The notes below the pieces were generated by a model. That model was given only the letters and a program-made list of their open reading frames with translations. It was not told the origin of the DNA and did no database searches. Below are positions 1-9,494 of a stretch of 40,962 nucleotides of DNA, piece after piece. The translations under genes and the position numbers were made by a program. Source of the DNA: a virus; IMG/VR virus record IMGVR_UViG_3300017782_000052; one strand, 5' to 3'. Position 1 is the first letter of the stretch; each line of letters starts with the position of its first letter.

Positions 1-73
1 GCTGGTCTGCTGTGCCAGTGAGTTATAGACAACGTAAATGTCATCTGTGGCTGCTACGCTATATCCTACTAGA
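1..73. repeat. Terminal overlap, copy 1. Identical to 40890-40962; a circularisation or assembly overlap rather than a physical terminal repeat.
   Basis: Read directly: gctggtctgctgtgccagtgagttatagac...atatcctactaga is present at both window ends. It lies inside an open minus-strand frame that continues seamlessly from 40889 into 264..1. Confidence 0.95.
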
Positions 74-264
74 TTAACTGTAGTACCATCTGTGGTATAC
101 GATTCAGTAGGTTCCTGACGCACGTTGTTGATAAAAAGGTCTATGCTTTCTGGACTAGATACAGCATTAGACAGAGTTAGGGTTGTGCCTGTAGCCCCTG
201 TCAAATCCTGCTTTGGGGGTATCTTAGAAAACCCTTCAGTTTGTTGATTACCTACGTAACCCAT
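1..264 (-). CDS. N-terminal 88 codons of a wrap-around tail-fibre-like protein, 289 aa in total; it continues at 40889.
   Basis: ATG at 264-262. Translation is MGYVGNQQTEGFSKIPPKQDLTGATGTTLTLSNAVSSPESIDLFINNVRQEPTESYTTDGTTVNLVGYSVAATDDIYVVYNSLAQQTS. The frame stays open to position 1 and is in phase with 40889 downward. The N-terminal pattern resembles those of ORFs 38605-39069 and 626-1885. Confidence 0.75.
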   Translation of the reverse strand, partial: MGYVGNQQTEGFSKIPPKQDLTGATGTTLTLSNAVSSPESIDLFINNVRQEPTESYTTDGTTVNLVGYSVAATDDIYVVYNSLAQQTS

Positions 265-275
265 AGTAAACCCCC

Positions 276-611
276 TTATGTACTAATAGCATCAACGGCA
301 GATACCCACACGTCTAGTGAGCTTGCTGTGTCTGACTGTACCCACAGTCTGTCACCATTTGCTACGACTTCCTTTGCACCACCATCAAGAAGCTGTAACG
401 CACCGCCAGCAGCGATTGGCGCACCTTTGATAAGATAGTGGTTAGTTCCACCGTTAGAAATGTAACAATCTACTGTGATTGCATTTGTTGTCGTATTAGT
501 CATGTGGATACCCACGATGGTATCATAACTGTCAAAGTCTGCGCCATCAGGTATATCAGCCGCTGCTGTGCCTACGCCCTGTAGCATATATCGTCTAAAA
601 TTTTGTGCCAT
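276..611 (-). CDS. Hypothetical small beta-rich protein (111 aa) in the tail-fibre module.
   Basis: ATG with a GAGGA Shine-Dalgarno upstream. It sits between the gp17-like fibre gene and the next fibre-like gene. I recognised no motif. Confidence 0.7.
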   Translation of the reverse strand: MAQNFRRYMLQGVGTAAADIPDGADFDSYDTIVGIHMTNTTTNAITVDCYISNGGTNHYLIKGAPIAAGGALQLLDGGAKEVVANGDRLWVQSDTASSLDVWVSAVDAIST

Positions 612-625
612 AATAATCCTCTAAA

Positions 626-1885
626 CTATAGGGCGATTGCCATTGCGATTGCAAAACCGTTTGTAGCAAGGTTTGTTGTGTCTGCTGCTACGTCATTCCA
701 ACCAGAAAATGATCGCACTCGCATCACATTGTCTGAACTGTTGAAGTACAGATCACCAACATTCACAGAGCCTTGATTATCATTTATCTGGTAATCTTCA
801 GCAGCCGTGTCTGAAGTGAACGCACCATAGTAAGTATCCACAAAATCTTGAGCAGAGTTAGCTGCTTGGTTTGCCCAGTACCTTGCCGAATATTCAGCAG
901 TGAGGCCGGAGCCAGTAACAGCCGTGTCACGGTCAAAACCTGTGCCGCCACCCAGTGACCACTGCTTTGCAGAGCCAGAAGTGTTACTAGCTTGTGCGCC
1001 AACAGCATACTCCTTCGCAGAATACTCTGTACCATCTACTTGACCAGTGGTTTCTGTTGCCCAATCTTTAGCAGGGCCAGCACCAGCAGTATCGGTAACG
1101 CCAGTACCGCCTACAGCCCAAGCCTTAGAAGAATAACCTTCACTAGCTACAGCTTCACCGTCAGTCTTTTGCGCCCATGCCTCAGCTTCATCAGCAAACC
1201 CACTAGCTTCACTAGCTTTAGTTGTAGCTGTTGTAGCATTAGCTGATGCGTTCTGAATGTCTGTAATGTTAGCAGCGTTAGTGTTGATTGAGGCTATGTT
1301 AGTAGCGTTAGTGCTTACATCAGCAATATCTGTGGCTACAGTACCAATGTCTGTAGCGTCTGCTACTACTGCTGTAACATCAGAGGCAATACCAGCCACA
1401 TCTGTAACATCCTGTGCAATACCTGCAACAGTGTTGATGTCAGGCAAGTTGGTAGCTAAGAATTGTTTGTTTACAGCGTCCGTATTGTTTACTGGGTCTC
1501 CAACATTCTTAATGACATTGCCACCAGCATCCCAACGATTGGTAGTATCTAGACCAATAGTATCACCAACTCTGTCGTTAGCTTCCTGTGCAGCGTGGAA
1601 GACCTGAATACTACTATCATCCAAGTCTTCTTCTGTTAGGACTGAGCCTGAGGCAAAGTCAACTGCACGTGCTGTCAGGTCTGTTGTACGTCTTACTTGT
1701 ACAACTGCACCAGTTGATGGGGCAGAAGTCAGTTGCACACTAGAAGTAGAAGGAAAGGTCAGGCCTGTTTCAGCCACACCATCTACAGTGACGCTAATCT
1801 CACTAGTATTTTGAAATGTGAACGGAATAGCAAACTGAGTAGTTGTGTTATTCGTAGTTATGTAGTTTTGATATGAAAGAGCCAT
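626..1885 (-). CDS. Tail fibre protein, T7 gp17-like N-terminal tail-attachment domain plus a repeat-rich shaft.
   Basis: RRTTDLTARAVDFASGSVLTEEDLDDSSIQVFHAAQEANDRVGDTIGLD..DAVNKQFL parallels T7 gp17 [48 protein letters not shown]. It is followed by heptad-like and SAK.WA-type repeats. Confidence 0.85.
   Translation of the reverse strand: MALSYQNYITTNNTTTQFAIPFTFQNTSEISVTVDGVAETGLTFPSTSSVQLTSAPSTGAVVQVRRTTDLTARAVDFASGSVLTEEDLDDSSIQVFHAAQEANDRVGDTIGLDTTNRWDAGGNVIKNVGDPVNNTDAVNKQFLATNLPDINTVAGIAQDVTDVAGIASDVTAVVADATDIGTVATDIADVSTNATNIASINTNAANITDIQNASANATTATTKASEASGFADEAEAWAQKTDGEAVASEGYSSKAWAVGGTGVTDTAGAGPAKDWATETTGQVDGTEYSAKEYAVGAQASNTSGSAKQWSLGGGTGFDRDTAVTGSGLTAEYSARYWANQAANSAQDFVDTYYGAFTSDTAAEDYQINDNQGSVNVGDLYFNSSDNVMRVRSFSGWNDVAADTTNLATNGFAIAMAIAL
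1241..1441 (-). repeat. Heptad-like (about 21-nt period) coding repeat in the fibre shaft.
   Basis: Residues ~149-215 read VAGIAQD VTDVAGI ASDVTAV VADATDI GTVATDI ADVSTNA TNIASIN TNAANIT DIQNASA. The periodicity is also visible in the DNA. Confidence 0.6.
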
Positions 1886-1906
1886 CTCTTTTCCTTGTGT
1901 TTGTAT

Positions 1907-1925
1907 CTAATGATGTAACTTTAGG
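1907..1925 (-). promoter_or_regulatory. Copy A of the conserved motif; candidate phage-RNAP promoter upstream of the tail-fibre gene.
   Basis: Minus strand reads CCTAAAGTTACATCATTAG. It lies directly after the stop of 1926-5297 and 21 nt before the fibre ATG. The core CTAAAGTTACA is shared with four other sites. Confidence 0.45.
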
Positions 1926-4900
1926 TTAGTCTGCCATTGAAGCCGTAGCGTTAAGTAGCTGCCTTGCACCATATAAAGAACTGAATGGTAAAATCCTAAG
2001 TAAACTTCTAAGTTCATTCTCAGTTAGATCATTACCAGCTATCATCTCTCCTAAGTCTTTTGCACCAGCAGCACCACTAACTATCCAAGAGGCAACAGCA
2101 GGTGTTAGGCCTTTTGTTTGTCCATCTAGGATGCCTGTTGATACTTGGTACAAATAAGCAAACAAAGATGCTGAACCTATTTGACCTAAAGAACCAAGCC
2201 AAAAACGGTCAGCTTGCATTTGTCTTTCTACGTAAGAATCTCTGTCACTACGTCCTAAAGAATTTAGATGTGTACGAGCAGTATACATAAGCATGCCTAA
2301 ACCAGCAGCAGATGTTAAGATTTTAGCTACATCTACAGCATCACCATTAGCTGCTCTAACAGCCAAGCGTCCTGCTTGTTGCTCTAAAGAGGCCATAGGA
2401 AAAGACAAGAACTGAAAAGCTGATTTACCTACTTCACTACGAAGCAAGTAATTTACAGAACCGTTGTTCACTTCTTGTACAGACTGAGTAGCTTCACGTC
2501 TGGCAGCACGTAAGAAAACATTACGTGCGTCTATGTTTTTCCACTTGTGTAAGTTTAGTACATCAAGCACACCTGTCTGTGGATTTATTTCAGCCCACTT
2601 CTGTATCTCTTTATTTATAGCTACACCCATAGCATCATCAATACCCATCTGTTCACGTTTAATACGTGAGAAGGGTAGCTTACCGCCAACAGCTTTTGCT
2701 TGCCATTCTGTAGCAAAGTTGTACATAGACAACCTACGTAGCATATCAGTCACGCCTTGTAGACCAGAAGCTACTGATACAAAGATACGAGCCTTGCCTA
2801 ACCATTCGTCAAGTTGTGTTACATCACCCTGAATAGTACCATACTCTTCAAAGATAGAACCCTCAGTTCTACTACGCACTGATGTAACTTTGGTCATAAG
2901 ACCGTCACCACCAGTACCAGTAAATACCATCATCTCATGGGCAGCTTTGTTTTTTAACTGCCCTGTACGTGCATCAATAACAAGTTTATTTAATTGTGGT
3001 ACTGTTTTCAGTAGAGTTCCCATAGATGTTTCAAATAAGACATTGGTAAGTTCCATTACTGCTGACATACCAGCCATGCCCATGTTAGCAGCAAAGCTAA
3101 CTTCTCTAAACCTATTAAACCCTCTACGAGTACCGTATGACCAGTCTTCTCTGTAAGGTAGTCTACCTGTTACGCTATCATAAAGAAACTCAGCAGCCCT
3201 AATTTCTTTTGCTACCTTATCAGGATCAGCACCACCTTTTACCTTGCCAATAATGGTTTGAAAACCCGAACCTGCTTTGTTTGTATCAATACCATTTGCA
3301 GCTAGTGATGTTGCTCCTGCTGTCTGAAACAAGTACTTTTCGTACAGAGTTCTACCGTTTGTTTCTAACAAGTCTACAAAACGAAGAGTAAAGATATTGC
3401 CAGCATCGTCCCTAGCTAAAACTTCAGCAGTCTCATCAAGTTGCATACGATGTCTAGCACGTGGATTACCTTTAACTTTCTTTGGTGTTTGTGCAGCAAC
3501 CTCTAGAATAATATCTATTTGTTCTTTCGTAAATTCACCTGAATCTTTTAGTGCTAGACGTGCTTCATCTTCACTAGCTAACCCATCTCCAAGTTTACGT
3601 ATGTTGTTATTCTTTGGGTTGAGTAGAGTACGCATGTAACCACGTGCAAGCTGTGTAATAGCAGCTTTGACAGCTTTAGGGCCAGCAGGTTTACCTTTAG
3701 CTTTAAGTGCTTTAGCCATATTTAGTTCGATGTCTGGCTGACCACCACGAATAGCTGCCTCACCTAAATCTAGGAAGGCATCGTTAATATCTCCGTCAGC
3801 CTTATCGCTTAACTTAGCGGCTTGGCCTTGATTACCAAAGCGTAGTATTGAAACTTGTTGCCTATTGACAATACGTGGTAAATAGTTTTGTATCTTACCA
3901 AACATCTCAGGAACAAAACCAGCAGCATTAGCTTCGATTGCTGTCTTGAACATTCTGTCCATGTTAGCACTATACATGTTAGCTATCTCTCTAACCTCAG
4001 GTATTACCCTAGCGTTAGGATTACGCATAGCCTCACCAACCATAAACTCTACGTCTGTTTCTTTTACATTAAGCTTTTTAGTTGCAGTCTTATACAATTT
4101 AGATAGTTTTGTGGCATCTTTAAGTATAGTTGAGGATACTAACGTATCTCTTAGTTCCAAGGCATTACTGCCCACTTCACGTCCTGATTTGTTACCTAGA
4201 CTATTTAAGGCTAGGCCATCACCCAGCCACCGCAGTACAGGGTCTTCTGAGTTTTTTAACTGAACAATAGTAGAAATGACACCACGTGCGCTGGCAAACT
4301 CACCCCTTTGCTTAGATGTCTCTGCTAACTCTTCTGGTGTCATATCCGTAAAGTCTTTACGTGTAAGACCAGCTATAAGTGAATCACTATCAAAGTCAGC
4401 ATCAGTGCGTGGGGTGTCTAGGTTAAACTCATCAGCCTCATCTACCATTCTGGTAAATTGTTCTGCAATCACATCATCTGAAAACTGTTTTACAAGTGCT
4501 TCTTGCTCTACGTTAAGAGGCTTGCCTTCTGCTTTCAACTGTTGAATTTCATGGAAGGCTTTACGCTTTTGCATATACCTACCATACTTGGTAAATCCAC
4601 CAGTTATGCCACCACCTAAAGCGGTAGCTAACATAAGCTGATTACCAGTAATATCATGTACAGTCTGTGCGCGAAGAAGTTCTAGACCACCCATTGTGGC
4701 AGCACCTGCACCTGTAGCAAATAAGGCTGGGGCTTTCTGAAACTTTCTAAATAACTGTGTACCTCTAACACCTAGTAGAGTAGCAGTACCAGTGAAAGGA
4801 GCAAGCGGTGGGGTTGCAGCAGATACAGCAGCAGCCATACCTAAGGCAGCAGCAGTATCTACAGGGTCAAGAAAAGCTGATGTCATGTAAGCTGCAAAGC

Positions 4901-5297
4901 CTGACATACCTGCATTAGCCATATCACTATATAACTTTTGACTTAGCTTAATCTCATGTGCAACTTTCTTAGCACCACCTGTACCACGCTCTTCACCAGC
5001 CTTGAGAACTTTCTGTACTAGCATCTCATCATCAATGCCATCTAGAAGCTCAGTAGCCACCTCTTGAGTAAATGGTCTTTTATCATCAAAGTCAGGAGCA
5101 AAAAATCTGTAGGCAGATGCAGCAGTACCCTGAGTATACTGTGATTGTCCCACTAGCTGAAAGAAATTCTTACTATCTTTTTCTGCTTCTGCCTGTGCTT
5201 GCCGTACTTGGTATTTGTTAAATTGAGGAGTTTCAGGTGAAGTAGGTAAGGGAGAAAACCCTAACTCCATCTGAATAGCCTCTAGTGATTTAGCCAT
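1926..5297 (-). CDS. Internal virion (ejection) protein, T7 gp16-like, without an N-terminal transglycosylase domain.
   Basis: 1123 aa at the gp16 position. The C-terminal region (SAFQFLSFPMASLEQQ...AAGLGMLMYTARTHLNSLGRSDRDSYVERQ) parallels the T7 gp16 C-terminus (MVMQFKSFTIKSLNS...GLAGGFYAMAAHVKAYALPKEKRKEYLER). Confidence 0.7.
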   Translation of the reverse strand: MAKSLEAIQMELGFSPLPTSPETPQFNKYQVRQAQAEAEKDSKNFFQLVGQSQYTQGTAASAYRFFAPDFDDKRPFTQEVATELLDGIDDEMLVQKVLKAGEERGTGGAKKVAHEIKLSQKLYSDMANAGMSGFAAYMTSAFLDPVDTAAALGMAAAVSAATPPLAPFTGTATLLGVRGTQLFRKFQKAPALFATGAGAATMGGLELLRAQTVHDITGNQLMLATALGGGITGGFTKYGRYMQKRKAFHEIQQLKAEGKPLNVEQEALVKQFSDDVIAEQFTRMVDEADEFNLDTPRTDADFDSDSLIAGLTRKDFTDMTPEELAETSKQRGEFASARGVISTIVQLKNSEDPVLRWLGDGLALNSLGNKSGREVGSNALELRDTLVSSTILKDATKLSKLYKTATKKLNVKETDVEFMVGEAMRNPNARVIPEVREIANMYSANMDRMFKTAIEANAAGFVPEMFGKIQNYLPRIVNRQQVSILRFGNQGQAAKLSDKADGDINDAFLDLGEAAIRGGQPDIELNMAKALKAKGKPAGPKAVKAAITQLARGYMRTLLNPKNNNIRKLGDGLASEDEARLALKDSGEFTKEQIDIILEVAAQTPKKVKGNPRARHRMQLDETAEVLARDDAGNIFTLRFVDLLETNGRTLYEKYLFQTAGATSLAANGIDTNKAGSGFQTIIGKVKGGADPDKVAKEIRAAEFLYDSVTGRLPYREDWSYGTRRGFNRFREVSFAANMGMAGMSAVMELTNVLFETSMGTLLKTVPQLNKLVIDARTGQLKNKAAHEMMVFTGTGGDGLMTKVTSVRSRTEGSIFEEYGTIQGDVTQLDEWLGKARIFVSVASGLQGVTDMLRRLSMYNFATEWQAKAVGGKLPFSRIKREQMGIDDAMGVAINKEIQKWAEINPQTGVLDVLNLHKWKNIDARNVFLRAARREATQSVQEVNNGSVNYLLRSEVGKSAFQFLSFPMASLEQQAGRLAVRAANGDAVDVAKILTSAAGLGMLMYTARTHLNSLGRSDRDSYVERQMQADRFWLGSLGQIGSASLFAYLYQVSTGILDGQTKGLTPAVASWIVSGAAGAKDLGEMIAGNDLTENELRSLLRILPFSSLYGARQLLNATASMAD

Positions 5298-5318
5298 AAT
5301 AACTCCTCAATTTAATAT

Positions 5319-8300
5319 TTATCCAAATATATTATCGTACATACTGGTAAACAAGTTCTTAACTTTTTCTGTTGCCTTGTTTGTGTACATACCTGCTTTT
5401 AGTTGTAGCATTGAAGGTAGTGATTCAGTAGGAATGTCTGATGCACCATCAATACGTCTTACCTTAACGTCTTCTTCAGTCATGTTGTAGGAAGACATGC
5501 GAACTTTATCACCAGTGTTACCACCTATAAAGTATACTTCATCGCCCTCTACTTTGACTACTACACCAACGTGCGCTACACCCAGCTTGTGCTTCTTACG
5601 GTCTGCCGCACTATGCATCTTAATCATGATGTCACCAGCTTTAGCTTGTGTAGTCTGTACTTCATTACCTACCTTGAGATAAGAAGCAGCACGTATCTGG
5701 TTGAACTTATCTTTACCAAGTAAAGACTTAGCATCTATACCAGAATCACGCAGTACTTGTGCTAGGAAAGCACCACACCACGCTTGGTTAGTAGCAAACT
5801 CTTCTACTGTCTGTTGTTGTGGGTTCCAATCTCCTACGGAGTTTTCAAAGAAACCTTTAACAGCAGCAGCACCTTCTCTAGTATGTTCACTCATACCCAT
5901 GTATGCAAAGGCTGCATCAGCAGGGTTCTTGTTTAGTGCTATGTCTACGACAACAGCAGCTTGAGGAACCTCGCCTACCTTTACCTGTTGTTCATCTGGC
6001 ACTACAAGGGAAGCGTTAGCTTTTGGTATGACAGATTCAAACACAGAAGAACCAAAGTCTGCCACATCAACAGCAACCTCGTTAGCTACTTTCATAGCTC
6101 TATCTGCTGTCTGTGTAGCCCACTTGGTGGCTCTGACAGTACCATCCTCTGCTACATTGTAAAGCATGTTGAACTTAGCTTTAGCCAGAGCAGTACCCTG
6201 TTCAATAGAACCTTCGGCATACTGTGCAGCTTCCTTGAGTGATGCCATAAACTTAGGCCACTCTTTAGATACGTTGAACCTACCAAGTTGGTAGCCCATC
6301 TGTATGACACCAGAGCGTGTAGATTCAGGTAAGTTCTCAAAGCCATCAACCTCACTAGAAAAGAAGTCATTAGTTTTAGCTACTTTCAAGGCAACAACAG
6401 CAGCAGATTCCTCTGGCTGTACGTTGTTGATGTCAGCAATAAGAGCCTTCTCATCATCTTCTAGTGATTCAATCTGTAAGCCATGGCCTACTGATTGCTT
6501 ACCCATGTCATCGTATGGTGTGTATGAAAAACCTTCGTCTTCCATGATTGTGGTAGCAGCGTTGGCTGGTGCTACAACAGCATCACCTACACTACCAACC
6601 ACATCTTTAAGTTCTTGTCCAACATCTTCAAACATCTGTTCTGCTGGGAACTCTTCAAAGATGTTAGGCATACTTAAACTAGGTGTTAGGTTAGGTGTTT
6701 CATCATCCTCTGTTGGTTCTGCAATTTCTTTACCTGCTTTAACGTCAGCGTTATAAGCTTTGACTGTATCTTCTATGAACTTAGACTTACGCCCTTCAGC
6801 AATGCTAGGTAAACTAACTCCCATAGGAATAAACCATGTGTTAGAGTAATCACGTTCACCGTCTTCTATAGCTATGGCTCGTACATCTAGCATATTATCA
6901 TTGTTAGGGTTTGTTTCGTATTCTAAGACAAAACTAGGAAGAAAAGCTTCACCACCTAAAGGAAGTTCTAGGTCTTTAGTATTTAACTTTAAGTTTATGG
7001 CACTACGAAAGTCTTTATTAGCCATAGCTTCTTCGTTTAATGCCCCTAATACTGCGATACCTTTATCTACTTTAGCTGATGTAAGGTTTTTAGCACGTTT
7101 AATAACTGTAAACTCCCCATCACTTGCAGGGGCAGCTACATAGCCATCAGACACTTCCTTTACAGCTTGTACAAATACATCGTCATCGTCCCTAAAAGGG
7201 TCAACACTTTTTAGTATTCCAAACCTTTTTTGTACGGCTGGGCGCATTGCTTCTACGTTAATAGATTCTGCAACATCATCATTAACAAATGGAAGAAACG
7301 TAAACCAACTCGTATCAATAGTATCTTTTAGGTCTTCCTTTGTAAAGGTATATTTAGGCGCATCTTCTGGTTTATACCTACGAGCATACTGTAAAGAACT
7401 CTTAAAGTCTTCATTACCTACCTTCATGTTAGACCTAATGGTGTGAAACATTGTTCTTTGGTCTTCGTCTTCTAAGAAGGTTTGTAAACCAGCTTCACCC
7501 TGATAAGCATACACTTCTTCAAACAACAAGTAAGCATCTTTGGCTGCTTCCAAAGATTGGTTATATTTAGTGCCATCTTCTTTTTCTGCGTCTAATGTAT
7601 CTATGTCCCCAGAAGACCATATCTTTACACCTGAGCGTTTTGCTTCAGCGATTTGTGGTGTATCTGCCCCTACACTAGCATACATCTCAAGCTTTTTTCT
7701 TTTTAAGTCAACTAGTCTAGCTTCAAATATAGCTTTTTGCTCTGGTGTTTCTTTAGGTAACTGAGATACTTTATCAAATTCTTTTGCATATACTATTTCA
7801 GCTACGTTAGCGTAATCTGTTCTAGAAAACTTATGCGTAGTGCTTTTACCATTAACAGTAAAGGAAACATCTGTCTCCATGTTAATGCCAGAGGCGTCAC
7901 CATTAAAGGCTCTTGACATGGCATCAGTTGCCATAGTAGTTACAGCATTATCTTTTGCAACAGAAAAGCCAACACTAGCAGAAGAGGCTTGTGCTTTTTT
8001 AATGTCAGTATACTTATCTAAATGTCTAGGAATACCAAATTGATTGTTTGATAAAGCACTATCTAAGTACTGAACCAGTGCGCTATTAGGATTTGTTTCT
8101 CGTTGTTCGTGTGCTATTCTTACAAGTTCATCGTTTACTTCTGCTTTAGTAAAGTTAGAACCATAGGCAGTCATAAAACCATCAACAAGAGTTTTGATAG
8201 ATTCTGCACCGTTGTTGTAAGCTTGTGGGTCTGTTGTTAACGCAGTCTCACTAAGTTTTACTTGACTAATTATAGATGTGCCAAGAGTTTGTAAATTTAC

Positions 8301-8801
8301 TCTTTTGTTTTCTTTAATCTTAGCAGGTTCGTAAACAGTCTTGCCCCATACATTTGTCAGGGCTTCCATGTTTATAGAAAACTGATCCAAAAGCATAGGG
8401 TCAATGTCTGTGCTTTTTAACTTGTCTAGCTCATCACTAACAAAATCTCTGCGCTTTTGAAGAACATCTGCCGTATTCATCTGCAAATATTCTTGCTCGT
8501 TTGTTGTCCAATCTCTATCTAGTTCTGCTTCAATAATCTTAGCTTGTTGGTCTAGCTGTGAAGCATGTATACGTCTTTGTCCAGTTTCTATCTCACGCTC
8601 ACGCTTTAGTCTTTCAGCTTTACGTAGGTTAGCATCTGCTTCTATAGCAGGAGTTATAGCTGTGAGGAATTGTGACAACTGACTAGGTTGTTGCTGTGTC
8701 TCTGGTGGTCTTACGTAAGTCTCAACAGGAGCAGCTTGTGGACGTAAATTAGACTGTGTAGGAGCGTTAAGCCTACCTACTTGTACTCTAGTTTGTGCCA
8801 T
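5319..8801 (-). CDS. Internal virion protein (gp15 position) carrying a lysozyme-like domain and a CHAP/NlpC-P60-like domain.
   Basis: 1160 aa. IMEDEGFSYTPYDDMGKQSVGHG (about nt 6087-6548) fits the GH24 E..EG..Y.D..G..T/S.G.G signature. NQAWCGAFLAQVL...HVGVVV...FIGGNTGDKV (about nt 5457-5789) fits the Cys/His peptidase pattern of TIGR02594-type CHAP-like domains. Confidence 0.7.
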   Translation of the reverse strand: MAQTRVQVGRLNAPTQSNLRPQAAPVETYVRPPETQQQPSQLSQFLTAITPAIEADANLRKAERLKREREIETGQRRIHASQLDQQAKIIEAELDRDWTTNEQEYLQMNTADVLQKRRDFVSDELDKLKSTDIDPMLLDQFSINMEALTNVWGKTVYEPAKIKENKRVNLQTLGTSIISQVKLSETALTTDPQAYNNGAESIKTLVDGFMTAYGSNFTKAEVNDELVRIAHEQRETNPNSALVQYLDSALSNNQFGIPRHLDKYTDIKKAQASSASVGFSVAKDNAVTTMATDAMSRAFNGDASGINMETDVSFTVNGKSTTHKFSRTDYANVAEIVYAKEFDKVSQLPKETPEQKAIFEARLVDLKRKKLEMYASVGADTPQIAEAKRSGVKIWSSGDIDTLDAEKEDGTKYNQSLEAAKDAYLLFEEVYAYQGEAGLQTFLEDEDQRTMFHTIRSNMKVGNEDFKSSLQYARRYKPEDAPKYTFTKEDLKDTIDTSWFTFLPFVNDDVAESINVEAMRPAVQKRFGILKSVDPFRDDDDVFVQAVKEVSDGYVAAPASDGEFTVIKRAKNLTSAKVDKGIAVLGALNEEAMANKDFRSAINLKLNTKDLELPLGGEAFLPSFVLEYETNPNNDNMLDVRAIAIEDGERDYSNTWFIPMGVSLPSIAEGRKSKFIEDTVKAYNADVKAGKEIAEPTEDDETPNLTPSLSMPNIFEEFPAEQMFEDVGQELKDVVGSVGDAVVAPANAATTIMEDEGFSYTPYDDMGKQSVGHGLQIESLEDDEKALIADINNVQPEESAAVVALKVAKTNDFFSSEVDGFENLPESTRSGVIQMGYQLGRFNVSKEWPKFMASLKEAAQYAEGSIEQGTALAKAKFNMLYNVAEDGTVRATKWATQTADRAMKVANEVAVDVADFGSSVFESVIPKANASLVVPDEQQVKVGEVPQAAVVVDIALNKNPADAAFAYMGMSEHTREGAAAVKGFFENSVGDWNPQQQTVEEFATNQAWCGAFLAQVLRDSGIDAKSLLGKDKFNQIRAASYLKVGNEVQTTQAKAGDIMIKMHSAADRKKHKLGVAHVGVVVKVEGDEVYFIGGNTGDKVRMSSYNMTEEDVKVRRIDGASDIPTESLPSMLQLKAGMYTNKATEKVKNLFTSMYDNIFG

Positions 8802-8813
8802 GATTACTCCTCA

Positions 8814-9494
8814 TTATGTATTAGGCATACCAGTAATTAAAGCGTACCGTGAAGTTGAGTTTAAACCTGATTGCACTGCTCTTAAAGTACTTTGTTGAAG
8901 TGGGCTTGCTGCTACAGACTGACCCATTTGACCTACAACTGGCATAGTAGCACCAGTAGCAGTCATAGGATTTGCGGAACTACTGAATGGACTTTTACCT
9001 GTCATCATAGTTTCGGTAGCATACATATTAGCAGCAGTGCTAAGTGCGTGTGCTAGGACATTAGGTTTATAACCACGTGGAAGTGAGTTAATCCTGTTTA
9101 ACATCTCTGTATTAAAGCCCTGCTTTTCGTCTTCTAGTTGGTCTAGTACCATACGTAAGTTATCGTTTAGAACTGTAGCACCACGTAGTTCACGTGCAGT
9201 AACCATATCTTCCTGAGCTTCAAATGTTCTTCCTGATAGACCTGATTCACCAGCAGCTACCTTACGTGCTTCTCTAGTCTCTAGGGCTTGGATAGCTAAG
9301 TCAAACTTTTGACCTGCTGTTGCTTCTGCTTCCTGTACTGCCCTTTGATTTAAAGAGTTTATCTTTAGGTCACGTGCAGCAGCAGCGTTAATCCTGTTCT
9401 GTTGGTAACGTGCCTCTGTTCTTTTAGCTTCACCTTCTGCTTGAAAGTAATTAGCTACACCCTGTACACCAACAGCAATAGTCATTGGATCCAT
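8814..9494 (-). CDS. Internal virion protein, T7 gp14-like.
   Basis: 226 aa at the gp14 position. It has a hydrophobic N-terminus followed by a Q/A/E-rich helical region, as in T7 gp14. Its start overlaps the upstream stop as TAATG. Confidence 0.55.
   Translation of the reverse strand: MDPMTIAVGVQGVANYFQAEGEAKRTEARYQQNRINAAAARDLKINSLNQRAVQEAEATAGQKFDLAIQALETREARKVAAGESGLSGRTFEAQEDMVTARELRGATVLNDNLRMVLDQLEDEKQGFNTEMLNRINSLPRGYKPNVLAHALSTAANMYATETMMTGKSPFSSSANPMTATGATMPVVGQMGQSVAASPLQQSTLRAVQSGLNSTSRYALITGMPNT

Noticed and set aside
276-611. Possible paralogy between the 111-aa protein (276-611) and the 103-aa protein (34194-34505). Both end with a ...W.......D(V/I).V-type strand.
   Set aside because: The similarity is limited to a loose hydrophobic pattern and cannot be supported by eye. 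It needs HHalign or structure prediction.
2881-2897. Partial matches to the 18-nt motif inside coding regions: gatgtaactttgg at 2881, and cttaaagttagtacc on the minus strand at about 37570.
   Set aside because: They have one to four mismatches in the conserved core and no intergenic context. Matches at this level are expected by chance.
6304-6756. Plus-strand ORFs, for example 6304-6756 (150 aa), 10689-11186 (165 aa), 28810-29193 (127 aa) and 12560-12922.
   Set aside because: All lie antisense to long minus-strand genes with clear homology. Their products are low-complexity (S/L/C/T-rich), and none has a Shine-Dalgarno sequence or a recognisable motif.
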